The notes: generated by a model not told the origin, from the sequence alone. 63,726 nucleotides of DNA, filler included, from Octopus bimaculoides (GCF_001194135.2; 4 parts of 4 records of this genome joined end to end with filler, not necessarily neighbours in it); one strand, 5' to 3'. Counted from the first letter of the whole stretch, positions 1-13,642 are shown. Program-made: numbers and translations.

Positions 1-104
1 AAATCAGGAAGTAGGGAATGATGAGAAAGTCGTAGGAGCAGTGGGGAGGGAGATGCAAGTGGGGGTGGGGGTGGCGACAGTATACAAAAAGGCCAGCCGG
101 AGCA

Positions 105-645
105 TCTACAACCATAGTCCTGCCAGATCAAGACAGGGTAGGAATAACCAACAACAACAACAATTGTAGCCATTAATACTAACTGCTATATTAGACATTA
201 GATCATGTAGTCCTAGATACACTGTTTCAGTAAAAGTTGGGATGGTCATACCTGGAACATCTGTGATCGTAAGTGTCGGCTGGATTAGGACTGACCCAGG
301 ACAAAACAACAACTATAACTATTAATACTAATTACTATACGGTACATTAGATATTGTAGTCCTAGATAGACGATGCCTGAATAAAAGATGGGATGGTCAC
401 AGTTGGAACGTCTTTGATCATAGGTCTGATGATCCGGACTGACCTGGGGCTAAATAACAATTATAGCCACTATCTACTATACAGTACATTAGATATTGTA
501 GTCCTAGATAGACGATGCCTGAATAAAAGATGGGATGGTCACAGTTGGAACATCTTCGATCATAGGTCTGATGATCAGGACTGACCTGGGGCTAAATAAC
601 AATTATAGCCACTATCTACTATACAGTACATTAGATAATGTAGTC
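105..645. repeat. Tandem array of a ~142-149-bp dispersed repeat, at least 4 units; related copies at ~1320-1425, ~15095-15215 and ~16040-16290
   Basis: TAGTC(CTAGATA) recurs at 208, 357, 499 and 641. Confidence 0.85.
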
Positions 646-1001
646 NNNNNNNNNNNNNNNNNNNNNNNNNNNNNNNNNNNNNNNNNNNNNNNNNNNNNNN
701 NNNNNNNNNNNNNNNNNNNNNNNNNNNNNNNNNNNNNNNNNNNNNNNNNNNNNNNNNNNNNNNNNNNNNNNNNNNNNNNNNNNNNNNNNNNNNNNNNNNN
801 NNNNNNNNNNNNNNNNNNNNNNNNNNNNNNNNNNNNNNNNNNNNNNNNNNNNNNNNNNNNNNNNNNNNNNNNNNNNNNNNNNNNNNNNNNNNNNNNNNNN
901 NNNNNNNNNNNNNNNNNNNNNNNNNNNNNNNNNNNNNNNNNNNNNNNNNNNNNNNNNNNNNNNNNNNNNNNNNNNNNNNNNNNNNNNNNNNNNNNNNNNN
1001 N

Positions 1002-1320
1002 TGGAGCACCACCTTTTAGTCAAGCAAATCGACCCCAGGACTTATTCTTTGTAAGCCTAGTACTTATTCTATCGGTCTCTTTTGCCGAACCGCTAAATTA
1101 AGGGGACGTAAACACACCAGCATCGGTTGTCAAGCGATGTTGGGGGAATAAATACAGACACAAACATATATACGACGGGCTTCTTTCAGTTTCCGTCTAC
1201 CAAATCCACTCACAAGGCTTTGGTCGGCCCGAGGCTATAGTAGAAGACACGTGCTATGCAGTGGGAATGAACCCGGAACCATGTGGTTGGTAAGCAAGCT
1301 ACTTACCACACAGCCGCTCC
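1002..1320 (-). mobile_element. SINE family 'C'; other copies at ~4500-4930, 5345-5570, 6030-6240, 12600-12885, 17440-17600, 17900-18315(+), 27900-28200(+), 46485-46790(+), 51190-51380, 53895-54040 and 61868-62110
   Basis: Shared GGCTGTGTGGTAAG...GGTTC head, GAGTGGATTTGGTAGA core and GCATGGCCGCAGTCAAATGACTGAAACAAGTAAAAGAG tail. Confidence 0.85.
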
Positions 1321-1473
1321 TATACATTAGATAATGCAGACACACAATATCTGAATAAAAGATGAGATGGTCCCAGCTGGACAATAGGTGTGATGGATCA
1401 AGAATGACCAATGGCTAAACAACAACAAAACAAATTTTGAAATAAATGTTCAGGGCACAGGATCGAACCTTAC

Positions 1474-1588
1474 CTTTGGCAACAACTGTTGACTTAGCAC
1501 CTCGTGTGAAAACCACAACTCTTGGATGGGCAGCATTATCTTTGGGTAGAAGTGAGGCTTTGCAGGCAATTTCTTCAACATCTTCAGT
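1474..1588 (-). CDS. ADK: ADK exon 9: TEDVEEIACKASLLPKDNAAHPRVVVFTRGAKSTVVAK
   Basis: aattctcag|...|gtaagg; 115 nt, phase 0/1; R.V.FT.G motif. The exon with DTNGAGD was not found in the visible sequence. Confidence 0.95.
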
Positions 1589-2905
1589 CTGAGAATTGTA
1601 CAAATATTTCAGATTTTATACACACACACATATTATATATATATCATCATCGTCGTCGTTTAACGTCCGCTTTCCATGCTAGCATGGGTTGGATGATTTG
1701 ACTGAGGACTGGTGAAACCGGATGGCTACACCAGGCTCCAAAAAGGAAAACGACAAAAAAAATAAACAACAAAAAACAACAACGTGAGGACGTGATACAG
1801 ATTGTGTTACTGGACGCTCGAGAAAGGAAAGAAAGAGGATGTGACATTTCAAGCGGAGCTCTTCGTCGGAAACATAGGAAAGTCCAAAGAAGGGAAAGAC
1901 GAAGGAAGAAAAAATCGCCAATNNNNNNNNNNNNNNNNNNNNNNNNNNNNNNNNNNNNNNNNNNNNNNNNNNNNNNNNNNNNNNNNNNNNNNNNNNNNNN
2001 NNNNNNNNNNNNNNNNNNNNNNNNNNNNNNNNNNNNNNNNNNNNNNNNNNNNNNNNNNNNNNNNNNNNNNNNNNNNNNNNNNNNNNNNNNNNNNNNNNNN
2101 NNNNNNNNNNNNNNNNNNNNNNNNNNNNNNNNNNNNNNNNNNNNNNNNNNNNNNNNNNNNNNNNNNNNNNNNNNNNNNNNNNNNNNNNNNNNNNNNNNNN
2201 NNNNNNNNNNNNNNNNNNNNNNNNNNNNNNNNNNNNNNNNNNNNNNNNNNNNNNNNNNNNNNNNNNNNNNNNNNNNNNNNNNNNNNNNNNNNNNNNNNNN
2301 NNNNNNNNNNNNNNNNNNNNNNNNNNNNNNNNNNNNNNNNNNNNNNNNNNNNNNNNNNNNNNNNNNNNNNNNNNNNNNNNNNNNNNNNNNNNNNNNNNNN
2401 NNNNNNNNNNNNNNNNNNNNNNNNNNNNNNNNNNNNNNNNNNNNNNNNNNNNNNNNNNNNNNNNNNNNNNNNNNNNNNNNNNNNNNNNNNNNNNNNNNNN
2501 NNNNNNNNNNNNNNNNNNNNNNNNNNNNNNNNNNNNNNNNNNNNNNNNNNNNNNNNNNNNNNNNNNNNNNNNNNNNNNNNNNNNNNNNNNNNNNNNNNNN
2601 NNNNNNNNNNNNNNNNNNNNNNNNNNNNNNNNNNNNNNNNNNNNNNNNNNNNNNNNNNNNNNNNNNNNNNNNNNNNNNNNNNNNNNNNNNNNNNNNNNNN
2701 NNNNNNNNNNNNNNNNNNNNNNNNNNNNNNNNNNNNNNNNNNNNNNNNNNNNNNNNNNNNNNNNNNNNNNNNNNNNNNNNNNNNNNNNNNNNNNNNNNNN
2801 NNNNNNNNNNNNNNNNNNNNNNNNNNNNNNNNNNNNNNNNNNNNNNNNNNNNNNNNNNNNNNNNNNNNNNNNNNNNNNNNNNNNNNNNNNNNNNNNNNNN
2901 NNNNN

Positions 2906-3163
2906 ACCCCTTTATATTTCAGGCTTTACCTTAGGGACCCCCTTATAAAAGCTTATGAAATTTATACATAAATATTTGCTTAAAATAACATATTTTTACA
3001 TTTATTTATTTAACAGTATTTAACAAAATAGGTTTATTGTCAATTAAAAAACGTATATAAAATCAAATTGCCCATAAAAAGTATTTGCTGTCCACGGACC
3101 CCCTGTCTTGTCCTTACGGACCGGACCCCCTGTGGTCTGCAGACCACAGTTTGAAAATCCCTC
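2906..3163. mobile_element. hAT-like MITE end
   Basis: Ends GACCACAGTTTGAAAATCCCT with subterminal GGACCCC repeats. Confidence 0.45.
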
Positions 3164-3471
3164 GTTCATAACACCCAGGTGCATTGCTAGGCAGTTTTGT
3201 AATCTATATTTATTTTCTGTGAGAGAGCCATGAATTCAAAGAAAGGAAGGAAGGAAGGAAGATAGATAGATCTGTAGATTGAACCTGAAACCATATGAGT
3301 GGGATGCATGCTTCTGAATCTCACAGCCAAGCCTGCATTTACAGATGGGTGCGTGTGTTCAACTTTTGTGTAAGCGCACCTCCCTGTCTCTCTCTCTCTC
3401 TCTTTTAATAGATGTATAGGCAAATAGAGAGATATATGCATGTACATGAATATATACATACACACACACAC

Positions 3472-3702
3472 GGCGAGCTGGCAGAAACGTTAGCACACCG
3501 GGCGAAATGCTTAGCCGTATTTTGTCTGCCGCTATGTTCTGAGTTCAAATTCCGCCGAGGTCGACTTTGCCTTTCATCCTTTCGGGGTCGATTAAATAAG
3601 TACCAGTTATGCACTGGGGTCGATATAATCGACTTAATCCGTGTTTGTCTGTCCTTGTTTGTCCCCTCTGTGTGTAGCCCCTTGTGGGTAGTAAAGAAAT
3701 AA
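3472..3702 (+). mobile_element. SINE family 'A' (GGCGGTGAGCTGGCAGAAACGTTAGC head); another plus copy at ~21628-21848
   Basis: tRNA-like head with GAGTTCAAATTCC B-box; more than 10 copies in window. Confidence 0.85.
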
Positions 3703-3754
3703 CACACACACATGAGTGTCTGTATGTATGTATATATGTATGTACGTATATTAT

Positions 3755-4143
3755 TGTTTGTTGTTGGCACTCCGTCGCTTACAACATCGAGGGTTCCAGT
3801 TGATTTGATCAACGGAACAGCCTGCTCATGAAATTAGCGTGCAAGTGGCTGAGCACTCCACAGACATGTGTACCCTTAACGTAGTTCTCGGGGATATTCA
3901 GCACGACACAGTGTGACAAGGCTGACCCTTTGAATTACATGTACAACAGAAACATGAAGTAAGAGTGAGAGAAAGTTGTGGCGAAAGAGTACAGCAGGGT
4001 TCGCCACTATCCCCTGCCGGAGCCTAGTGGAGCTTTAGGTGTTTTTGCTCAATAAACACTCACAACGCCCGGTCTGGGAATTGAAACTGGGATCCTATGA
4101 CTGCGAGTCCACTGCCCTAACCACTGGGCCATTGCACCTCCAC
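3755..4143 (-). mobile_element. tRNA-derived SINE family 'B', full length
   Basis: A-box TGGCCCAGTGG, B-box-like motif, (CAA)n tail, TSD ACGTATATTAT at 3744-3754 and 4144-4154. Confidence 0.9.
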
Positions 4144-4469
4144 ACGTATATTATAGTAAATAAACAAAAGAATATTAAATATATTGTGCTAAGAAACGAT
4201 ATTTATAGTTATAGAAGTTTTCATGAATTCAAGTTTCGTGCTAAATAGAGCATTCATCAACTGAAGTAACATGATTGAAAGGTTCAAGAGAACAGATCAA
4301 AGATTCATTCAAACCCGTTTAGTGAATGCTCTATTTATGAAAGGGGAAAAAAATATACTCATTTGCTAACTTCGTGACAAATAAATGATGAATATATTTA
4401 TTTACAGACAGTTATTTATTTGTGTGCGGGCACAGGTGTGTATATGTGTGTGTACATATACATAAATGC

Positions 4470-4503
<34 letters not shown>

Positions 4504-4717
4504 TCTTTTACTTGTTTCAGTCATTTGACTGTGGCCATGCTGGAGCACCGCCTTTTGGTCGGGCAAATCGACCCCAGGATCTATTATTTGTAAGCCTAGT
4601 ACTTATTCTATCGGTCTCTTTTGCTGAACCACTAGGTTATGGGGATATAAACACACTAGCATTGGTTGTCAAGCGATGTTGGAGGGGACAAACACAGACA
4701 CACAAACATATACACAA

Positions 4718-4764
<47 letters not shown>

Positions 4765-5575
4765 TATATACGACGGGCTTCTTTCAGTTTCTGTGTATCA
4801 AATCCACTCACAAGGCTTTGGTCGGCCCAAAGCTATAGCTGAAGACACATGCCCAAGGTGACAGGCAGTAGGACTGAACCTGGAACTATGTGGTTGGGAA
4901 GCAAGCTTCTTACCACACAGCCACTCCTGCACCAATATATATATAATGTATGTATGTATGTATGTATATATATATTGTATGTATGTATGTATGTACGAAA
5001 ATGTAAAATTATTCTGAAGCATTAACTTAACATACTCTCTTTGTTTTTCTCTACATTTTTGTGTTTTTTTTTATTTGTACGATTCATATATGTATGCATG
5101 TATACATACATACATAATTTTGGATTATATTACTTTAGAGTGATCATACTTTCTGACATAGTTTCATATCTAGAAATTTCATATTTAGAAATATCTCTGA
5201 AAATCAACAAAGGATAAACACACAATACAACCATTGTAAGCAAACAGCTAAACGTACTTGCTTTAATTTGGATTCATATTTTGTAAACTCAAAGGCCTGT
5301 GTTCAATCCCATTGCATACGTCCTCTGACACTGCAATGTTATTTATACTCTTTACTCTTTTTTACTCTTTTACTTGTCTCAATCATTTGACTGCGGCCAT
5401 GCTGGAGCACCACCTTTTCAGTTGAGCAAATCGACCCCAGGACTTATTCTTTGTAAGCCTAGTACTTATTCTATCGGTCTCTTATGCTGAACCGCTAAGT
5501 TACGGGGATGTAAACACACCAGCATCAGTCGTCAATCGATGTTGGGGAGACAAATACAGACACACACATATATAC

Positions 5576-5626
<51 letters not shown>

Positions 5627-5666
5627 CAACGAGCTTCATACAGAATATAATATACAAAGTACTTAC

Positions 5667-5702
5667 ATCAAATTCACACATTTTACCAAATTCCAAGGCT
5701 TC
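5667..5702 (-). CDS. ADK: ADK exon 8: EALEFGKMCEFD
   Basis: tttcacag|...|gtaagt; 36 nt, phase 0/0; corresponds to vertebrate EAATFAREQGFE. Confidence 0.92.
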
Positions 5703-7074
5703 CTGTGAAATATAAAGCAAAAGAAAGGCTTAGTCAGGTCACATGATTACAGAGGCAAAGAGAGGGGAAAGAATACAAATTACCTCTGATGATGGCCATA
5801 AGCACATTTGAGAAAATAATAATACTATGCCAATAAAACAAAATAAACAAATGCACTGATTCAATCGCACCATCTAACTATCCAATGGTTTGATGGGATA
5901 GAGAGGAATGTTGTAAGTGAAGATGAGAAATATATGAGTGGGTCAGGAGAAGGAGGGGTTATGTTAGATTTGTGAGGGCAGTGGGAGTGAAAGAGGATAA
6001 CAGAGGTGTTAAGGATGAAGTAGATTCTTTTATTCTTTCATTTGTTTCAGTCATTTGAATGTGTCCATGCTGGAGCACTGCCTTAAAGGGTTTTAGTCGA
6101 AGAAATCGACCCCAGGACTTATTCTTTATAAGCCCAGTATTTATTCTACCAGTCTCTTTTGCTGAACTGTTACGTTACAGGGATGTAAACACAACATCGG
6201 TTGTCAAGCGATGGTGGGCGGGGATAAACACAGACACACACACATAAATATATACATATATACACATATCATCATCATCATCATTGTCGTTTAACGTCCG
6301 CTTTCCATGCTAGCATGGGTTGGACGATTTGACTGAGGACTGGTGAACCAGATGGCTACACCAGGCTCCAATCTGATTTGGCAGAGTTTCTACACACACA
6401 CACGCATATATATGTCCGCTTTCCATGCTAGCATGGGTTGGACNNNNNNNNNNNNNNNNNNNNNNNNNNNNNNNNNNNNNNNNNNNNNNNNNNNNNNNNN
6501 NNNNNNNNNNNNNNNNNNNNNNNNNNNNNNNNNNNNNNNNNNNNNNNNNNNNNNNNNNNNNNNNNNNNNNNNNNNNNNNNNNNNNNNNNNNNNNNNNNNN
6601 NNNNNNNNNNNNNNNNNNNNNNNNNNNNNNNNNNNNNNNNNNNNNNNNNNNNNNNNNNNNNNNNNNNNNNNNGGACGATTTGACTGAGGACTGGTGAGAC
6701 CAGATGGCAACACCAGGCTCCAATCTGATTTGGCAGAGTTTCTACACACACACACACATGCATATATATGTCCGCTTACCATGCTAGCATGGAAAGCGGA
6801 CGTTAAACGATGATGAAGATGGTCTCTATTGCTGAACCACTAAGTTATGGGGATGTAAACACACTAATATCTATTGTCAGGTGGTGGTGGAGGGCAAAAC
6901 ACAAATATATATATTAATAAATTGATGTCTGGTACTTACTTTATTGATCCTGAAAGGATGAAAGATAAAGTCGACCTCAGCAGAATTTGAGCTCAGAACA
7001 TAAAGTCAGATAAAATGTCGCTAAGCATTTTGTCCGGCATGCTAATAATTCTGTCAGCTTGCCAATGATAATAA

Positions 7075-7496
7075 TAGCGAAGACCTGTTGGGGCAAGCGA
7101 AAGCGAAATCATGATGGCACCTGTGCCCAGTGTCGCCTTCCTGGCACTTGTGCCGGTGGCACGTGTAAAGACATTCGAATGAGATCATTGCCAGTGCCGC
7201 TGGACTGGCTTCTATGCAGGTGGTACGTAAAATACACCATTTTAAGCGTGGCCGTTGCCAGTACCGCCTGACTGGCCCTCGTACCAGTGGCACATAAAAG
7301 CAGCCACTACACTCTCGGAGTGGTTGGCGTTAGGAAGGGCATCCAGCTGTAGAAACTCTGCCAAATGAAACTGGAGCCTGGTGCAGCCATCTGGTTTCAC
7401 CAGTCCTCAGTCAAATCGTCCCAACCCATGCTAGCATGGAAAGCGGACGTTAAACGATGACGATGATGACGATGATGGTGATGGTGGTGGTGGTGG

Positions 7497-7525
<29 letters not shown>
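7075..7525 (+). mobile_element. Isolated RTE LINE 3' UTR (family 'D'); other copies at ~1645-1740, 6270-6820, 12960-13160, 16400-17035, 26430-26722, 28205-28660, 30262-30400 and 31189-31407
   Basis: CAACCCATGCTAGCATGGAAAGCGGACGTTAAACG-(GAT)n end, the same as the end of the RTE at 38990-41617. Confidence 0.85.
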
Positions 7526-7527
<2 letters not shown>

Positions 7528-8302
7528 TCCTTTCTACTANNNNNNNNNNNNNNNNNNNNNNNNNNNNNNNNNNNNNNNNNNNNNNNNNNNNNNNNNNNNN
7601 NNNNNNNNNNNNNNNNNNNNNNNNNNNNNNNNNNNNNNNNNNNNNNNNNNNNNNNNNNNNNNNNNNNNNNNNNNNNNNNNNNNNNNNNNNNNNNNNNNNN
7701 NNNNNNNNNNNNNNNNNNNNNNNNNNNNNNNNNNNNNNNNNNNNNNNNNNNNNNNNNNNNNNNNNNNNNNNNNNNNNNNNNNNNNNNNNNNNNNNNNNNN
7801 NNNNNNNNNNNNNNNNNNNNNNNNNNNNNNNNNNNNNNNNNNNNNNNNNNNNNNNNNNNNNNNNNNNNNNNNNNNNNNNNNAGCGAAGACCTGTTGGGGC
7901 AAGCGAAAGCGAAATCATGATGGCACCTGTGCCCAGTGTCGCCTTCCTGGCACTTGTGCCGGTGGCACGTGTAAAGACATTCGAATGAGATCATTGCCAG
8001 TGCCGCTGGACTGGCTTCTATGCAGGTGGTACGTAAAATACACCATTTTAAGCGTGGCCGTTGCCAGTACCGCCTGACTGGCCCTCGTACCAGTGGCACA
8101 TAAAAGCAGCCACTACACTCTCGGAGTGGTTGGCGTTAGGAAGGGCATCCAGCTGTAGAAACTCTGCCAAATGAAACTGGAGCCTGGTGCAGCCATCTGG
8201 TTTCACCAGTCCTCAGTCAAATCGTCCCAACCCATGCTAGCATGGAAAGCGGACGTTAAACGATGACGATGATGACGATGATGGTGATGGTGGTGGTGGT
8301 GG

Positions 8303-8329
<27 letters not shown>

Positions 8330-8333
<4 letters not shown>

Positions 8334-9560
8334 TCCTTTCTACTAAAAGTACAAGGGCAAAATTTTGGGGGAAGGGACCAGTCAATTACATCGACCCCAG
8401 TGTTTCACTGTTAATTAATTTATTGACCCCGAAAGGATGAAAGGCAAAGTTGACCTCGGTGGAATTTGAACTCGGAACAAAAACAGATGAAATGCTGCGA
8501 AGCATTCTGTCCGGCATGCTAATGGTTCTGCCAACTTACCACCTTAATGATAATAATAATAATGATCCTTTCCACTGGAAGCACAAGGCTTCAAATCTAG
8601 CGGGAGGGAACTAGCTGATTACATCAATCCTGAAAAGATGAAAGGCAACGTTGACCTTGGCGGAATTTGAACTCAGAATGTAGCGACGACAGGTGAAATA
8701 CTGCTAAGCATTTCATCCAGCGTGCTAACGATTCTGCCAGCTCACCGCCTCAATGATTATAATAATGACGATAACAATAATCACAGTTGTACGAACCTCT
8801 TCATTACCAAATAAGTAGTCGATATGTGGCAGCACCTGCGAGAGTGGGTCTTTGAAGAACTGGCAAATGAAGGTTGCGGCAAGATTGGAGCAGAACGTCT
8901 TGTTGTTTGCACTGGCATGTTTAGCAATACGTAGCATAGCAGAGGGACACACGGTGAGGGGGAAACCCTGTTAAAAATGAAATGAAAACAACAGCAATAA
9001 TGACAACAATAACAACAATAATAATGGTTTCAAATTTTGCCACAGGGTAGCAATTTTGGGGAAAGGGATGAGTTGACTATATCGACCCCCCCAGCGTTCA
9101 ACTGGTACTTATTTTATCAATCCCAAAAGGATTGATAAAAGGTAATGTCGACCGTGGCAGAATTTGAACTCAGAACGTAGCAATGGGCAAAATACCACTA
9201 AGCATTTCGTCCAGCGTGCTAACGATTCTGCCAGTTCACCACCTTCAAGAATAATAATAAATAATAATAAAAATAAATAATAATAAAATTTTTTTTTTTT
9301 TATAATTATAATAATAATAATAATAATAATAATGATGATGATGATAATCCTTTCTACTGGAGGCATAAGGCATTAAATTTGTGGGGTGGGGACTAGTTGA
9401 TTACATCGACCCCAGTGTTTCACTGGTACTTAATTTATCGACACCAAAAGGATGAAAGGCAAAGTCGACCTTGGCAGAATTTGAACTCAGAACGTAGCAG
9501 CTGACGAAATACCACTAAGCATTTCGTCTAGCGTGCTAACGACTCTGCCAGTTCACCACC
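8330..9560 (-). mobile_element. Cluster of four family-A SINEs separated by (TAA)n tails; more at ~6925-7062, 13215-13337, 24135-24572 and 25495-25915
   Basis: Repeated GAAAGGCAAAGTCGACCTCGGCGGAATTTGAACTCAGAAC core. Confidence 0.85.
8797..8967 (-). CDS. ADK: ADK exon 7: GFPLTVCPSAMLRIAKHASANNKTFCSNLAATFICQFFKDPLSQVLPHIDYLFGNEE
   Basis: tttttaacag|...|gttcgt; 171 nt, phase 0/0; FGNEE(E) NxxE motif. Confidence 0.95.
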
Positions 9561-9620
9561 TTCAAGAATAATAATAAATAATAATAAAAATATTTATAAT
9601 AATAATAATAATAATAATAA

Positions 9621-11109
9621 AGAAAGAACGGCAGCTCCCCATTATGTCATATATGCCAACAAAAAAATGAGACCATCGATCATGTTGTCTCCATGTGCAG
9701 TCTGCTTGCGCCTACAGAGTATCTCAACAGGCATGATAGAGCTGCACAATATATTCACTGGGTAATATGCAAAAACCTGGACTTGCCCCATGATAAAAAC
9801 TGGTGGGAACACAAACCACCCCCAGTACTTGAAAATGATCACATTGCACTCCTCTGGAACTTCACCATTCAAACTGACAGAAAGATAGATGCAAATAGGC
9901 CAGACATCATACTGAAAGGCTTCAGACAAAAATCATGCCTCCTCATTGATATGACTGTCCCAATCGATATAAACGTATCTGTCANNNNNNNNNNNNNNNN
10001 NNNNNNNNNNNNNNNNNNNNNNNNNNNNNNNNNNNNNNNNNNNNNNNNNNNNNNNNNNNNNNNNNNNNNNNNNNNNNNNNNNNNNNNNNNNNNNNNNNNN
10101 NNNNNNNNNNNNNNNNNNNNNNNNNNNNNNNNNNNNNNNNNNNNNNNNNNNNNNNNNNNNNNNNNNNNNNNNNNNNNNNNNNNNNNNNNNNNNNNNNNNN
10201 NNNNNNNNNNNNNNNNNNNNNNNNNNNNNNNNNNNNNNNNNNNNNNNNNNNNNNNNNNNNNNNNNNNNNNNNNNNNNNNNNNNNNNNNNNNNNNNNNNNN
10301 NNNNNNNNNNNNNNNNNNNNNNNNNNNNNNNNNNNNNNNNNNNNNNNNNNNNNNNNNNNNNNNNNNNNNNNNNNNNNNNNNNNNNNNNNNNNNNNNNNNN
10401 NNNNNNNNNNNNNNNNNNNNNNNNNNNNNNNNNNNNNNNNNNNNNNNNNNNNNNNNNNNNNNNNNNNNNNNNNNNNNNNNNNNNNNNNNNNNNNNNNNNN
10501 NNNNNNNNNNNNNNNNNNNNNNNNNNNNNNNNNNNNNNNNNNNNNNNNNNNNNNNNNNNNNNNNNNNNNNNNNNNNNNNNNNNNNNNNNNNNNNNNNNNN
10601 NNNNNNNNNNNNNNNNNNNNNNNNNNNNNNNNNNNNNNNNNNNNNNNNNNNNNNNNNNNNNNNNNNNNNNNNNNNNNNNNNNNNNNNNNNNNNNNNNNNN
10701 NNNNNNNNNNNNNNNNNNNNNNNNNNNNNNNNNNNNNNNNNNNNNNNNNNNNNNNNNNNNNNNNNNNNNNNNNNNNNNNNNNNNNNNNNNNNNNNNNNNN
10801 NNNNNNNNNNNNNNNNNNNNNTAGAGATAACTCGAATGTGGAATCTAAAAACAGAAACAATTCCTATCATAGTAGGTGCCTTAGGTGTAATAAAAAAATA
10901 TTCAGACAAATACATAACAAAAACACCAGGACTTACAAATATATATAACATACAGAAAATTGCACTACTGGGCACTGCACACATTCTACGCAAAACACTT
11001 TCAATACAGTAACCATAAGAGCACCACAGCAAACCACAGCACATACCCAAGGCGCACAGAGCTGCGCTTGGTAGTGAAGTGAAAGCACGTTATAAAAATA
11101 AAACGACTG
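9621..11109 (+). mobile_element. 5'-truncated R4/Dong-like non-LTR retrotransposon (restriction-like endonuclease)
   Basis: ETIDHVVSMC, RHD, NRPDII..LIDMTVP and IPIIVGALG motifs; (TAA)n on both sides. Confidence 0.88.
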
Positions 11110-11497
11110 AATAATAATAATAATAATAAATGCCCAGACGCAGTACCAGGCATTGGCTCTCATGGCTTCTGATCTTAATTGATCGGAAGTGTTATCATGT
11201 ACATTGTTTTGTCTTGGTATAAAAGATGGGCTACAGCAAATATTCTGCTCAATACCACAGATTTGCTTGTCAGTTGTTTGAACTTAACCAGTTGAGCATG
11301 GACTAGGCAATGCATTGTCTTCTTGAGCAAAACCCATCATTTTCACATTGATCCAGACATCTCAGCTGTAAATGATTAACCCTGCAATGGACTGTCATCC
11401 TGTTCAGGAAAAATATTGCAATCTTAGCCACTTACATGCCATGGAACCCTGGTAACGAGCTGTATAAATCCTTGAACCTGAGACAGTACATTTCTTA

Positions 11498-12129
<632 letters not shown>

Positions 12130-12690
12130 AAAAAGCTAGGAGCTTCCTATGATTTTATCATACACAAGCATGGCTGCATGGTTTAAGAGGTCTGCTTTGT
12201 TGTCGCATGGTTTATATCTGGTTTTAAAGTGAAGTGAAGTAAAAAATTTTAGGTTAATCAAACATCCATCAAAATTTTAGATTAATTTATGTTACACACA
12301 CCAGATTAATGATGACAGTTTCTTAAATTCTTCATTATTTTCAAAATAAATTGGACGAAAGGCAGTGTAGTACATCAGAAATACAGCAACAAAAGGGTTA
12401 AAGTGATCTAAAAATCTTCCATCAAAATGCCATGTTAATTTATGTTCCAAACACTAGAATAATACCAGCAAGATTATTTTACTAAATTCTTTTTTATTTT
12501 CAATGTTAATTGGAAGAAATGCAGTGTGTTTCATTAGAAGTATGGTAAGATAAGGGTTAAAATGATCAAAAAAAAAACCTACCATCAAGATTTCAGATTA
12601 CACTTTTACTTGTTTCGGTCATTTTTACTGTGGCCATGCTGGAGCACCGCCTTTTAGTCAAAGAAATCAAACCCTGGACTTTTTATACAT

Positions 12691-12726
<36 letters not shown>

Positions 12727-13472
12727 GACAGGCTTCTTTCAGTTTCCGTCTACCAAATCCACTCACAAGGCTTTGTTCGGCCCGAGGCTATAGTAGAAGA
12801 CACTTGCCCAAGGTACCACGCAGTGGGACTGAACCTGGAACCATGTGGTTGGGAAGCAAGCTTCTTACTACACAGCCATGCCTGCTTATGTTCCAAACAC
12901 CAGATTAATAACGACAAAATTATTTTACTAAATTCTTCATATTTTCAAAATCAACTGAAATTCATCATCATCATCATCATCATCGTTTAACATCCGCTTT
13001 CCATGCTAGCATGGGTTGGACNNNNNNNNNNCAGTCAGGCGGTACTGGCAACGGCCACGCTCAAAATGGTGTATTTTATGTACCACCCGCACAAGAGCCA
13101 GTCCAGGGGCACTGGCAACGATCTTGCTCAAAAATCCTACGAAGGCCAGTCAGGCGGTAGAAATATAGGTAGAGAGTTAATCCTTTTGATACTAACAATT
13201 AAACTGATACCAGTCGATTAAATTGAGACCACTATTCAACTAGTACTTAATTTATTGACCCCGAAAGGATGAAAGGCAAAGTCGACCTCGATGGAATTTG
13301 AACTCAGAACGTCACGCTTCTGCCAGCTCGCCACCTATTTCTACAGAAATATTCTAACAAAAACGGCTGGAATGACTAAGATAATAATCTGTATTTCATA
13401 AAGAGCTAGTAGGTAGGAAAATTAAAAGAAAACGGTACGGCACAACTTAGTGCGGTTCAGAATTGTACTCAC

Positions 13473-13642
13473 CTGAAGCTTCCAGAGACCACAACACCGC
13501 AGGTTCCAGTTGGGGCTTCGTCTGTATACTGGAAACTGACGTTTACCTTTGCCTCTTTGGTTTTCTTCTCTAAGATATCACCAAACTTGTCTTTGCTGAT
13601 GCAGCCAAGATATGAGGTAGCATGAGGTTTTTCCAGGAGCCA
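13473..13642 (-). CDS. ADK: ADK exon 5: WLLEKPHATSYLGCISKDKFGDILEKKTKEAKVNVSFQYTDEAPTGTCGVVVSGSF(R)
   Basis: atacacag|...|gtgagt; 170 nt, phase 0/2; GC..DKFG and PTGTC motifs. Confidence 0.96.

Noticed and set aside
1-1470. ADK exons 10-11 (DTNGAGD motif)
   Set aside because: Not found in readable sequence; they lie left of the window or in the 646-1001 gap.
7075-8346. ~465-bp exact direct repeat around an N gap
   Set aside because: Identical sequence on both sides of a gap is most simply an unmerged contig overlap.
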